A stretch of DNA of 64,000 nucleotides. Source: Tubulanus polymorphus. Taxonomy: Eukaryota > Animalia > Nemertea. Shown piece after piece: positions 47,401-59,146 of the stretch. Both the position numbers and the translations under genes were made by a program. Location of the stretch: positions 8,432,001 to 8,496,000 of the forward strand of contig NC_134031.1 of the NCBI RefSeq assembly GCF_964204645.1, read 5' to 3'. How positions within the stretch are numbered: the stretch's first letter is position 1; each line of letters begins with the position of its first letter. The notes below the pieces were generated by a model. That model was given only the letters and a program-made list of their open reading frames with translations. It was not told the DNA's origin and made no database searches.

Positions 47401-48530
47401 AAAACCAAACTAATGAATTGTCGCGGGCGACAAAACCAAAAAAAAGAATTGTCGGGGCGACAAAACCAAAATAATGAATTGTCGCGGGCGACAAAACCAA
47501 AATGGTGAATTGTCGCGGGCGACAAAACCAAAATAATGAATTGTCGCGGGCGATAAAACCAAAATAATGAATTGTCACAGGCGATAAAACCAAAATAATG
47601 AATTATCGCGGGCGACAAAACCAAAATAATGAATTATCGCGGGCGATAAAACCAAAATATTGAATTGTCGCGGGCGACAAATCAAAAAAAAAATTGTCGC
47701 GGGCGACAAAACCAATAAAAAAATTGTCGTGGGCGACAAAAACAAAATATAAAACCAAAATAATGAATTGTCGCGGGCGATAAAACCGTAATAATGAATT
47801 GTCGCGGGCGATAAAACCAAAATAATGAATTATCGCGGGCGACAAAACCAAAATGATGAATTATCGCGGGCGATAAAACCAAAATATTGAATTGTCGTGG
47901 GCGACAAAACAAAAAAAAAAATATTCGCGTGCGCCAAAACCAAAAAAAAAATTGTCGCGGGCGACAAAAACAAAATATAAAACCAAAATAATGAATTGTC
48001 GCGGGCGACAAAACTAAAAAGAAGGATTGTCGCGGGCGACAAAACCAAAATAATGAATTGTCGCTGGCGATAAAACCAAAATAATGAATTGTCGCAGGCG
48101 ATAAAACCGGGACAAAAAAAAATTGTCGAGGGCGATAAAACCAAAATTATGAATTGTTGCGTGCGACAAAACCAAAACAATGAATTGTCGCAGGCGATAA
48201 AACCAAAATAATGAATTGTCGTGGGCGACAAAACCAAAATATTGATTTGTCGCGGGTGACAAAACCAAATTAATGAATTGTCGCGGGCGATAAAACCAAA
48301 ATAATCAATTGTTCCGGGCGATAAAACCAAAATAATCAATTGTCGCTGGCGATAAAACCAAAATATTGAATTGTCGCGGGCGATAAAACCAAAATATTAA
48401 ATTGTCGTGGGCGACAAAACCAAAATATTGATTTGTCGCGGGTGACAAAACCAAATTAATGAATTGTCGCGGGCGATAAAATCAAAATAATGAGTTGTCG
48501 CGGGCGATAAAACCGAAATAATGTTTTGTC
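44404..48530. repeat. 31-bp tandem satellite (also 42705-42998)
   Basis: Consensus AATTGTCGCGGGCGA(C/T)AAAACCAAAATAATG; roughly 130-140 units. Confidence 0.97.
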
Positions 48531-49859
48531 GCGTTATTTTAGTTTTGTGGTTTTGTCATAATGTCGCCCTCATTTGCATATACGTGTTTTTTTTACGCAT
48601 GGCCCTTATCAGCCACCATACTAAAGCCTTAAGTTCGCGTAAAACTCGATAAACACTTCAAGCGACACAGCGAACGATCTCCTTTCCCCTACAGCGAACG
48701 CTTAACCTAGTAGAGGCTACTAGCCTATGTAGGCCTATGTATATGCGTAGGCCTAACATCCGGACAGATTGGTCGTAGGCCTATTGAATTTAACAACCCA
48801 CCTAAATATCGTAAATTTTGTTTTGAAGTTCAATCCAATGAGTCCGTTAATAAACGCAACAATTGTACTGCGTTTGTTTGATACAGTAAAGCTCAGTACC
48901 GGTAGGCCTAAAGCCGCGTCAAACTCGATAAACACTTCAAGCGACACAGCGAACGATCCCTTTCCCCCACAGCGAACGCTTACTCCGAATGTCAAGTGAG
49001 TCCAGCATACGGATAGGAGTGTGTTATATACTTGTATTTAGTAAATAACTTGTGCATTTGACAATGATCGGTATGTACTGTAGGAAATATAGAGTATTGA
49101 TGGTATTGATATAGAGGTTGAAGCCCGCGGCCGAATAAAGTAATATATTCTTTTATTTTGATACCTCGTCGACATAACAGCTTTTCTCCGCTATATCTAT
49201 CCGGCGTGTTTAGTTTAGGCCTACGATTCCCCGGTACACTAAAGATTTATCTTAGTAAATACACGGTTAATTCGGTAAAGAAAAATAGGTTTTGTTATAC
49301 TAACTCCTTGAAACCCGCAGCCAAATCACTGGTAGTAATAAATTAATTTGTACTCGATTTGATTCTCATGATGAGGAGAAACTCGTAGCTGATCCCCGGA
49401 ACGACGATGTAGTAACACACGTCGATTCGTCGATGTTTACGGCTCGACAGTGCTTTTAAAATCTAAAGTAGTAAATTTCCAGTGTATCGGTAATATGATT
49501 TGATGAGGAAAATGGGCTATTGTTAAAATCACTGTTTGAAGACCGCGACTGAATTTGAAGTCTGCGGCAATAAATTAGTTCATTTATACTTGAATTGATA
49601 ATCGAAGTGACAGTCGGCCTGCGGGTTGATTTCGGGATGACGACTCGAAAAACATGTCGCCCCATTGAATGGGGCTAAATTTTCGATGTTTACGGCCCGA
49701 CAGCGCTTTTGTAACGATGATTCGTGAAAAAACACGCGGGCTATTTGTAGATCTCAGTGAGCTGAACGATATTATATGGATTGTATATGAAACAGCGGTA
49801 AGGTAACAAAGCCTATGTTCTTTTGGTAAAAATAGTGTGGAAGAAAATAATAATAATAA

Positions 49860-52800
49860 TGTGAAGTCAATGTATATGTTATATGTAAAGTTATTTGTTT
49901 GTATAAAGTGTAACGGTAGTTGGTCGTTCTTTTGTTCGTTCTCTTGTCAGTATTCCAGTATTCGGTAGTATTGTGTTGTATTGTTGTTGTTGTCTGGTAT
50001 TGTTATTTTCCCGCCTCAAAGTTTATTGGCATATCCGTTTCCGGGTTACTCCCGCATTTTGTGTAATATTTTTGGCACTTGGTCGTTCGAGCTCCTCGGA
50101 GTATCAGTGCTTGTCTGTGTGCTTGCTATATTGGAATCTCCCTCAGTCGTCATGTAAGTTTTGTGCAAATTTATATTAATTAATTATTGTAACTGTTTAC
50201 GACATTTCCTACCCTTATAATATTTGTTTTTGTAGAAACGTGTAATATTCGTCGTTTGTTTTTTGTCGTCGTAATTTGAAAATAAACACGCATCAATGAG
50301 AAGTATCGACTGACTTCGTTTGTCATTTGCAACATTGTTTATGACGAGGGAGATGGCATCACTTGACGAGAAGGTTAAATCGAGAGCGGGTTTCAAGGCC
50401 AACGTCACAAAAAGAAGCAACATCCTTCGGAAGGCGTTAAAAGAAGGGCTACCGTATGATGATGTAAAGAAATTAATCGACGACGTTACACAATCGTGGG
50501 AAAAGTTCGAAAACGCGCACGACGCCGTTCATTGTCTGTATATCGAAGATGATGACATTGAAAATTCATATATGTATTTCGATCGGGAAGAGAAAAAGTA
50601 TCGCGAGTTGCTAGAAAAGGCAACCAAAGTTCAAAGTCCTGTGGTTTCGGATTCCGTAGCTGCGTCAACAGGCAATAGTGATAGTGATCTTGCTGCGATG
50701 GTAAAAAGTCTAAAACGAATGGCTTTACCACAACAAGAAGTGCCAATTTTCGGCGGTGATCCTATTGAATATTGCTATTTCGTAAAAGCTTTTGAAAATA
50801 TAATCGAAAGTAAAACCGATTGCAGTAGCCAAAGGCTGTATTATCTAATGCAATATACGCGCGGTGAGGTGAACGAGTTAGTGCGAAGCTGCATGGAGCA
50901 ACCACCAGACATCGGGTACTCAGAGGCGAAGCGTTTGTTGAAAGAACACTACGGTAACAATTATATAATTGCATCAGTACTTGTTGATAATTTAATTGAA
51001 GGCCCGGTGATAAAATCAGAAGATGGTCAAGCTCTCCATAATTACTCTATGAAACTTATAAGTTGTAAGAATACTTTGGGTGAAATAGGCTACTTAAGTA
51101 AGGTTGAAAACCCAGATAATCTGCGCCGAATTATAGCTAGACTCCCTTATGATTTGCGTAAAAAATGGCGTGTCAAAGCAGATTATATCACTACGTTTAA
51201 TGATCGCGAAATTCGACTTGACGATATTTCTAATTTTGTTCAATCGGAAGCTAGAGTGTTAAATCATCCGGTTTTCGGTAAGCTTTCCGATGGTTATAAA
51301 AGATCCGATTTAAGTGGTCAAAGCTCTTTATCCAAAGGCGGTTATCGAAAACCTAATAATCCAGTCGGACAGTTGGGCCAGCGTAATTTTGCTATCAGCT
51401 CGTATAATCAATGTATGAATCGTAATCAAAATCAACGAGTTAATCTCGATACTATTAGAACACCCAGTTCTACGGTTTGTCAATTGTGTTCAGTTAGTAA
51501 TCATTCTTTGTCAAACTGCTACAAATTCAGAGGGTACTCATATGACCAGAGGGTTAAGGTATTGAAGCAGAAGCGGTTATGTTTTTTATGTTTAGGTCAA
51601 AACCATATCGCGCAGCAATGTCAAAGTATGGAATTCTGCGAAGTGTGTCACAGTCGACACAACACGCTATTGCACAGATACACTTTGTCGCCAAACGTTG
51701 TCAATAGTAGTTCTGTACCTTGTTCAAATCGGCTTACGGAAGGAATGATTCACCACGATAATCGTAATTCACCACAGCCATCGACGGCAACTGGCAATGT
51801 GACAGAAAATGGGCAAACTTTATCTGCAACCAATCAGTGCGTTAAACAAAATATAACACGTCGCATAGGTTTGCCAATAGTGCCAGTGAAAATCAAGGGT
51901 TGTGGTGGGTTCGAATTTATTACATACGCCTTGTTAGATACCGGCAGCACCTCTACATTCTGCAACGAAAATCTGATAAAAGATTTAGGATTTATTTACA
52001 GTGACTTGCGTCAAACTAACCTATCGTTATCAACTTTGACAGAGGCTGACAATTTGACTCAATCTTATGTAACTGACTTGAAAGTATCGGACTTAGACGG
52101 AACATACAGTACGGAATTGACAAATGTATTTTCGAGACCTTCTTTGCCTATGTCTGAGAAAGACATTCCCAGACAGTCCGATTTAAACGGATACTCGTAT
52201 TTAAGCGGTGTTGTTTTAGCTGACGTCAATGCTTACGTTGGGCTAATCGTAGGTAATGACAATCATCACGTGTTAGAGCCCTTAGAGGTCATAAGTAGCA
52301 CCAACGGAGGGCCCCACGCTGTCAAAACTATAATTGGGTGGGCTGTCAATGGTCCTCTTGGTGGGAGTACATGTGTAACCAACAAAATGGCCTTTAGCAT
52401 AAATAGAAACGAAGATAGACGCGACAGCGAACTGACGAGACAATTTCAGCTATATTGCGACTTAGAATTCAATGATCGAATTTCGGATGATACTAAATGC
52501 ATGTCTCAAGAAGACAAACGGGCTTTAGAGATTATGGAATCATCCGTCACTCTAACTGACGATAAGCATTATCAAATAGATTTACCCTTTCGGGATGAAC
52601 AGATTAATATGCCCAATAATAGGGCTTTGGCTTTACATCGTTTGAAAAGTTTGAAAAAACGTTTTCTCAGCGACCCTATGTTGTTGAAAAAATATGCCGA
52701 TTTCCTTGATAATATGATAAAATCTGGATTCTGTGAGAAAGTTCCTACAATTGACTTAGATCGAGACGACGGTATGGTCTGGTACCTACCACATCACAAT

Positions 52801-55800
52801 GTATATCACCCTACAAAAAAGAAAATCAGAGTCGTGTTTAATTGTTCATCGAAATATTTGGAATTCTCGTTGAACGATCATCTTCTTCAAGGCCCGGACT
52901 TGACGAACTCCCTGCTTGGAGTTTTGACAAGATTCAGGCAAGAAAGAATAGCCTTTATTGCGGATATTGAAGGAATGTTCCACCAAGTCCGAGTGACGCC
53001 GTCGTTGTGCGATGCCTTACGGTTTTTATGGTGGACGAATCGTAATTTAGACGCTAATCCAGATGAATACAGAATGCGCGTGCATCTTTTTGGTGCAACA
53101 TCTTCGCCTTCTTGCAGCAGTTTTGCTCTTCGAAGGTGCGCATTGGACAACACAGAATTATTCGATGCTACTTTAACTGATACCGTTCTGCGTAATTTAT
53201 ATGTAGACGATTGTTTGAAATCCGTCGGGACTGTTCACGACGCAGTAAGACTTTTGAGCCAATTGATCGAAATTTTAGCTAAAGGGGGATTTCGGTTAAC
53301 TCAAATTTCATCGAATTCTCGACAGGTACTTGAAAGCGTGCCAGAGACCGAAAGGGCAAAAATGATAAAAGATTTAGATTTCAATATTGAGCAACTGCCT
53401 ATGGAGCGTACTCTTGGCGTATTATGGGATATGGAGTCTGACTCTTTACTTGTTCGAGTTAAAATCGACCATTCGAAGCCCAAAACTAGACGTGGTATCT
53501 TATCTACGGTCAGTTCCCTGTATGACCCTATCGGATTTACTTCACCTTTATCATTGCCCGTAAAATCATTGTTACAAGAGATGTGTAGGATTAAGTTAGG
53601 GTGGGATGACATAATTCCCGCCTGGTGCGATGAGTTTTGGTTGAAATGGCTAAACGAATTACCTAGTTTAGAAGGTTTACGCATCGGTAGATGTTTTAAA
53701 CCATCAGGCTTCGATGATCCAATATCCGCTCAGTTACATCATTTTTCTGATGCTGCTGAGATTGGATACGGTGCAGTTAGTTTTCTGAGGTTATTCGATG
53801 GCACGACGGTGCATTGTAGTTTCGTGCTCGGTAAGTCTAGAGTGACGCCTCTGAAAACCGTGAGCATTCCACGACTTGAGTTGGCCGCTGCAGTTTTGTC
53901 AACGCGACTCGACGGCATGATACTAAAAGAGATCGACATACCTATCGAAACCTCATATTTCTGGACGGACAGTACAGCAGTCCTCAAATATATTCGAAAC
54001 GAGGATAAACGGTTTCAAGTTTATGTAGCAAACAGGGTGTCAGCAATAAGAGAACACTCTAAACCATGTCAATGGCGCTTCATCGATGGCTGCCTCAACC
54101 CAGCTGATGACGCTTCTCGCGGTTTAAAGCCAACTGAACTTATTATCTCGTCGAGATGGTTAATGGGACCAGAGTTTCTTTGGAGAGATGAATCTCAATG
54201 GCCCAAACAGCCAGATGACGTGAATTTTGATATAGACCCTTCCGATCAAGAGTTAAGAAAGACGGTTAACACGGTTGAGGTTGACGAAGACCATCTACTT
54301 AACTCATTTAGTCAATTTTCTTCTTGGTACAAACTCAAGAAATGTGTAGCCTGGATCCTGAGGCTCAAATCTCGACTATTGAGTAGAGTTCGGAAAATCG
54401 ACTCTGTGGTGAAATCCAATTGTATAACAGTTTCCGAGTTGAGACGTTCAGAGAATGCAATATTAGGTTACGTACAAAAACGGTATTACCCTGACGAATG
54501 CAGTCACTCTCTTAAAAGGACAAGTTCCCTTATCCCGTTAGATCCTGTCTTGGTTGACGGACTCCTTTGTGTAGGTGGCCGTCTCAGGCGCTCGACATTA
54601 CCGGATAAACGTAAACACCCAATCATAGTTCCAAAGAAAAGCCACCTATGTACATTAATTATTGATTATTATCATAGAGTGTATGCGCATAGGGGGTGTG
54701 AAGACGTCTTATCAAACATTAGAAAGAAATATTGGCTAATTAACGCTAAATCGGCTATTAGGCGTAGATTAAATGCCTGTATTACTTGTAGGAAACAAAG
54801 GGCTAAGGCTGTAGGACAAAAGATGTCTGACCTACCAGAAGATAGGGTTACTCCGAATTTACCCCCATTTACAAATGTGGGGATCGATTGCTTTGGGCCG
54901 TTTCTCGTCAAACGGGGCCGGGCGCAAGTTAAACGTTACGGTTGTTTGTTTACGTGTCTCACCTGTCGGGCTATTCACATCGAAGTTTGCCATTCTTTGA
55001 GTACCGATTCATTTATTTGTGCACTCCGTCGGTTTATCAGTCGACGCGGTAACCCCTTACGTATCAGGAGTGATAATGGTACAAACTTTGTTGGAGGCCA
55101 ACGGGAGTTAAAAAAGGCGGTATCCGAATGGAATCAAGATCAAATTCACGAGTTCCTTTTGCAGCGTGAAATTGAATGGGTTTTTAATCCACCAACTGCC
55201 TCACACATGGGTGGTGTGTGGGAGCGAATGATTAGGTCAGTGCGCGAAATTTTAGGTTGCGTATTAAGTGAACAAATCGTAGATGACGAAGGGTTGAGTA
55301 CCTTGTTCTGCGAAGTGGAATGTATTGTAAACGGGCGTCCACTTACTGCAACATCGGATGACCCCAACGATTTAGACGCACTATCACCTAATCATTTGCT
55401 CTTACTTCGATATGGGCCTGATTTACCACCTGGGAAATTTACGGATATTGATAATTATTCGCGAAAACGTTGGCGCCAAATTCAATATCTCGCTGACGTG
55501 TTTTGGCGTAGGTGGTCAGCAGAATATTTGCCGCTACTCCAGAAACGTTCAAAATGGTTTGAGTCGCGTAAAAACCTCTCGGTAGGAGACTTAGTCTTAA
55601 TTGTGGATAATCAAGTCTCACGAAGTTTATGGCCTATGGCACGTGTACTGAACACATATCCAGATAAAGAGGGTCACGTTAGGAAAGTGCGTGTTAAAAC
55701 AAAAAATGGTGAGATTATACGACCCGTCCATAAATGTGTTTTCTTGGAAGGTTGCGAAAAGTAAATTTAAGACGTTTTCGCTCGTTGAATTAATAGTAAT

Positions 55801-56337
55801 TCACGTTTTTCACGAGTTTCGTTTGATTAAATTCCCTTTAAGTAATTTAATGAGGCCAGGAATGTGAAGTCAATGTATATGTTATATGTAAAGTTATTTG
55901 TTTGTATAAAGTGTAACGGTAGTTGGTCGTTCTTTTGTTCGTTCTCTTGTCAGTATTCCAGTATTCGGTAGTATTGTGTTGTATTGTTGTTGTTGTCTGG
56001 TATTGTTATTTTCCCGCCTCAAAGTTTATTGGCATATCCGTTTCCGGGTTACTCCCGCATTTTGTGTAATATTTTTGGCACTTGGTCGTTCGAGCTCCTC
56101 GGAGTATCAGTGCTTGTCTGTGTGCTTGCTATATTGGAATCTCCCTCAGTCGTCATGTAAGTTTTGTGCAAATTTATATTAATTAATTATTGTAACTGTT
56201 TACAACATTTCCTACCCTTATAATATTTGTTTTTGTAGAAACGTGTAATATTCGTCGTTTGTTTTTTGTCGTCGTAATTTGAAAATAAACACGCATCAAT
56301 GAGAAGTATCGACTGACTTCGTTTGTCATTTGCAACA
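49860..56337 (+). mobile_element. BEL/Pao LTR retrotransposon, intact and very recent
   Basis: 475-bp TG...CA LTRs (49860-50334 and 55863-56337), near-identical; 5-bp TSD AATAA; PPT GAGGCCAGGAA. Confidence 0.97.
50341..55764 (+). CDS. BEL/Pao gag-pol polyprotein
   Basis: Single uninterrupted ORF: DUF1759-type gag (FGGDPIEY), three Cys/His knuckles, LLDTGS protease, YLPHH/YVDD RT, FSDA/PRLEL/WTDS/NPAD RNase H, GIDCFGP/SDNGTNF/WER integrase. Confidence 0.97.
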   Translation: MTREMASLDEKVKSRAGFKANVTKRSNILRKALKEGLPYDDVKKLIDDVTQSWEKFENAHDAVHCLYIEDDDIENSYMYFDREEKKYRELLEKATKVQSPVVSDSVAASTGNSDSDLAAMVKSLKRMALPQQEVPIFGGDPIEYCYFVKAFENIIESKTDCSSQRLYYLMQYTRGEVNELVRSCMEQPPDIGYSEAKRLLKEHYGNNYIIASVLVDNLIEGPVIKSEDGQALHNYSMKLISCKNTLGEIGYLSKVENPDNLRRIIARLPYDLRKKWRVKADYITTFNDREIRLDDISNFVQSEARVLNHPVFGKLSDGYKRSDLSGQSSLSKGGYRKPNNPVGQLGQRNFAISSYNQCMNRNQNQRVNLDTIRTPSSTVCQLCSVSNHSLSNCYKFRGYSYDQRVKVLKQKRLCFLCLGQNHIAQQCQSMEFCEVCHSRHNTLLHRYTLSPNVVNSSSVPCSNRLTEGMIHHDNRNSPQPSTATGNVTENGQTLSATNQCVKQNITRRIGLPIVPVKIKGCGGFEFITYALLDTGSTSTFCNENLIKDLGFIYSDLRQTNLSLSTLTEADNLTQSYVTDLKVSDLDGTYSTELTNVFSRPSLPMSEKDIPRQSDLNGYSYLSGVVLADVNAYVGLIVGNDNHHVLEPLEVISSTNGGPHAVKTIIGWAVNGPLGGSTCVTNKMAFSINRNEDRRDSELTRQFQLYCDLEFNDRISDDTKCMSQEDKRALEIMESSVTLTDDKHYQIDLPFRDEQINMPNNRALALHRLKSLKKRFLSDPMLLKKYADFLDNMIKSGFCEKVPTIDLDRDDGMVWYLPHHNVYHPTKKKIRVVFNCSSKYLEFSLNDHLLQGPDLTNSLLGVLTRFRQERIAFIADIEGMFHQVRVTPSLCDALRFLWWTNRNLDANPDEYRMRVHLFGATSSPSCSSFALRRCALDNTELFDATLTDTVLRNLYVDDCLKSVGTVHDAVRLLSQLIEILAKGGFRLTQISSNSRQVLESVPETERAKMIKDLDFNIEQLPMERTLGVLWDMESDSLLVRVKIDHSKPKTRRGILSTVSSLYDPIGFTSPLSLPVKSLLQEMCRIKLGWDDIIPAWCDEFWLKWLNELPSLEGLRIGRCFKPSGFDDPISAQLHHFSDAAEIGYGAVSFLRLFDGTTVHCSFVLGKSRVTPLKTVSIPRLELAAAVLSTRLDGMILKEIDIPIETSYFWTDSTAVLKYIRNEDKRFQVYVANRVSAIREHSKPCQWRFIDGCLNPADDASRGLKPTELIISSRWLMGPEFLWRDESQWPKQPDDVNFDIDPSDQELRKTVNTVEVDEDHLLNSFSQFSSWYKLKKCVAWILRLKSRLLSRVRKIDSVVKSNCITVSELRRSENAILGYVQKRYYPDECSHSLKRTSSLIPLDPVLVDGLLCVGGRLRRSTLPDKRKHPIIVPKKSHLCTLIIDYYHRVYAHRGCEDVLSNIRKKYWLINAKSAIRRRLNACITCRKQRAKAVGQKMSDLPEDRVTPNLPPFTNVGIDCFGPFLVKRGRAQVKRYGCLFTCLTCRAIHIEVCHSLSTDSFICALRRFISRRGNPLRIRSDNGTNFVGGQRELKKAVSEWNQDQIHEFLLQREIEWVFNPPTASHMGGVWERMIRSVREILGCVLSEQIVDDEGLSTLFCEVECIVNGRPLTATSDDPNDLDALSPNHLLLLRYGPDLPPGKFTDIDNYSRKRWRQIQYLADVFWRRWSAEYLPLLQKRSKWFESRKNLSVGDLVLIVDNQVSRSLWPMARVLNTYPDKEGHVRKVRVKTKNGEIIRPVHKCVFLEGCEK

Positions 56338-56342
56338 AATAA

Positions 56343-58990
56343 ATATAGCTGCAAAGCAGCGATAACGGGTTTTCTGCACAGTCTTAGAATCCTGTTCAAC
56401 GGTGGATTTCAACAAAGCATTTGATAAGGCTCAACATCAGCCATTACTGAACAGGCTATTAGGAAACAGTATCAATGATAGGTCGCCCAAATGACACAGC
56501 AGTTATCTCTGAACGGAAACTTGTAACCGAAATCAACGGAACGCCTCATCTTGGAGTGAGACGGTCTAACTAATGGAGTCACGCAAGGTAGTATCCTAAG
56601 TCGTCTTCTGTTTAATGTCCTGACAAATGACATACACAGTAATCCAAAATATACCAGACCGAGTAAATTTCCAAAACAACAAGTAACACACTGTTCGACC
56701 AAAAACTTAATGTTCCGACAAAACCACCGGCGACAAAACCAAAATTATAAATTGTCGCGGGTGACAAAACCAAAATATTGAATTGTCACGGGCGACAAAA
56801 CAAAAATAATGAATTGTCGCGGCCGATAAAACCAAAATAATGAATTGTCGCGGGCGATAAAACCACAATAATGAATTGTCGCGGGCGTTAAAAACCAAAA
56901 TATTGAATTGTTGCGGGCGATAAAACCAAAATAATGAATTGTCGCAGACGACAAGAACAAACTATTGAGTTGTTGCGGTCGATAAAACCAAAATAATGAA
57001 TTGTCGCGGGCGACAAAACCAAAATATTCAATTGTCGCGGGCAACAAAACCAAACTAATGAATTGTCGCAGGCGATAAAACCAAAATATTGAAGTGTCGC
57101 AGGCGATAAAACCGCGACAAAAAGAAAAAAAAATTGTCGCGGGCGATAAAACCAAAATAATGAATTGTCCCGGGCGATAAAACCAAAATATTGAATTGTC
57201 GTGGGCGACAAATCCAAAAAATGAATAGTCACGGGCGATAAAACCAAAATCTTGAATTGTCGCTATTGTCGCGTGCGACAAAACCAAAATAATGAATTGT
57301 CGCGGGCGATTAAACCAAAATAATGAATTGTCGCGGGCGATAAAACCAAAATGGTGAATTGTCGTGGGCGACAAAACCAAAATATTGTTTTGTCGCGGGT
57401 GACAAAACCAAATTAATGAATTGTCGCGGACGATAAAACCAAAAAATGAATTGTCGCGGCAGAAAAACCAAAATCTTGAATTGTCGCGGGTGACAAAACC
57501 AAATTAATGAATTGTCGCGGGCGATAAAACCAAATAATGAATTGTCGCGGGCGATAAAACCAAAATAATGAATTATCGCGGGCGACAAAACCAAAATTAT
57601 TGTTTTGTCGCGTTATTTTAGTTTTGTCGTTTTGTCATAATGTCGCCCTCATTTGCATATACGTGTTTTTTTTACGCATGGCCCTTATCAGCCACCATAC
57701 TAAAGCCTTAAGGTCGCGTAAAACTCGATAAACACTTCAAGCGACACAGCGAACGATCTCCTTTCCCCCACAGCGAACGCTTAACCTAGTAGAGGCTACT
57801 AGCCTATGAAGGTATGTATATGCGTAGGCCTAACATCCGGACAGATTGGTCGTAGGCCTATTGAATTTAACAACCCACCTAAATATCGTAAATTTTGTTT
57901 TGAAGTTCAATCCAATGAGTCCGTTAATAAACGCAACAATTGTACTGTGTTTGTTTGATACAGTAAAGCTCAGTACCGGTAGGCCTAAAGCCGCGTCAAA
58001 CTCGATAAATACTTCAAGCGACACAGCGAACGATCCCTTTCCCCCACAGCGAACGCTTACTCCGAATGTCAAGTGTGAGTCCAGCATACGGATAGGAGTG
58101 TGTTATATACTTGTATTTAGTAAATACCTTGTGCATTTGACAATGATCGGTATGTACTGTAGGAAATATAGAGTATTGATGGTATTGATATAGAGGTTGA
58201 AGCCCGCGGCCGAATAAAGTAATATATTCTTTTATTTTGATACCTCGTCGACATAACAGCTTTTCTCCGCTATATCTCTTCGGCGTGTTTCGTTTAGGCC
58301 TACGATTCCCCGGTACACTAAAGATTTATCTTAGTAAATACACGGTTAATTCGGTAAAGAAATAAAGGTATTGTTATACTAACTCCTTGAAACCCGCAGC
58401 CAAATCACTGGTAGTAATAAATTAATTTGTACTCGATTTGATTCTCATGATGAGGAGAAACTCGCAGCTGATCCCCGGAACGACGATGTAGTAACACACG
58501 TCGATTCGTCGATGTTTACGGCTCGACAGTGCTTTTAAAATCTAAAGTAGTAAATTTCCAGTGTATCGGTAATAGGATTTGATGAGGAAAATGAGCTATT
58601 GTTAAAATCACTGTTTGAAGACCGCGACTGAATTTGAAGTCTGCGGCAATAAATTAGTTCATTTATACTTGAATTGATAATCGAAGTGACAGTCGGCCTG
58701 CGGGTTGATTTCGGGATGACGACTCGAAAAACATGTCGCCCCATTGAATGGGGCTAAATTTTCGATGTTTACGGCCCGACAGCGCTTTTGTAACGATGAT
58801 TCGTGAAAAAAAAACGCGGGCTATTTGTAGATCTCAGTGAGCTGAACGATATTATATGGATTGTATATGAAACATCGGTAAGGTAACAAAGCCTATGTTC
58901 TTTTGGTAAAAATAGTGTTGAAGAAAATAATAATAATAATAATCACGCGGATATCAATAGGGTTTTCTGTGAAATAACAGAAAACCCTAA
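56343..58990 (+). mobile_element. HINE-C copy B with a short satellite array (56728-57610) and terminal hairpin
   Basis: Same 5' end as 42318; 57600-58940 near-identical to 48520-49859; 3' hairpin TAGGGTTTTCTG...CAGAAAACCCTA is complementary to the 5' GGGTTTTCTG. Confidence 0.72.
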
Positions 58991-59146
58991 TAATCACGCG
59001 GATATCAATAGGGTTTTCTGTGAAATAACAGAAAACCCTAATAATAATCACGCGGATATCAATAGGGTTTTCTGTGAAATAACAGAAAACCCTAATAATC
59101 ACGCGAATTTCAATAGGGTTTTCCGTGAAGAAACAGAAAACCCTAA
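58941..59146. repeat. Four tandem ~51-54-bp hairpin units (a fifth, diverged, at ~59298-59346)
   Basis: AATCACGCGGATATCAATAGGGTTTTCTGTGAAATAACAGAAAACCCTAAT three times plus one variant. Confidence 0.9.

Larger units (their letters stand above)
42318..49859 (+). mobile_element. HINE-C copy A (Helentron-type non-autonomous) with expanded 31-bp satellite and nested HINE-A
   Basis: Starts AAATATAGCTGCAAAGCAGCGATAACGGGTTTTCTG; colinear with 56343-58940 on both sides of the satellite; ends in (AAT)n. Confidence 0.7.

Noticed and set aside
44289-48339. Long minus-strand ORFs (up to 612 aa, MVLSPATIHYFGF...)
   Set aside because: Translation of the 31-bp satellite, whose minus strand rarely contains stops; all three frames give the same peptides
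44404-48530. CRISPR-like array (31-bp palindromic repeats)
   Set aside because: Units are head-to-tail with no unique spacers, there are no cas genes, and the context is eukaryotic
49973-50179. 68-aa Cys-rich ORF duplicated at 55976-56182
   Set aside because: Chance ORF inside the two LTRs with a non-ATG start
58941-59146. CRISPR or rho-independent terminator array
   Set aside because: No spacers; better explained as stacked HINE terminal hairpins
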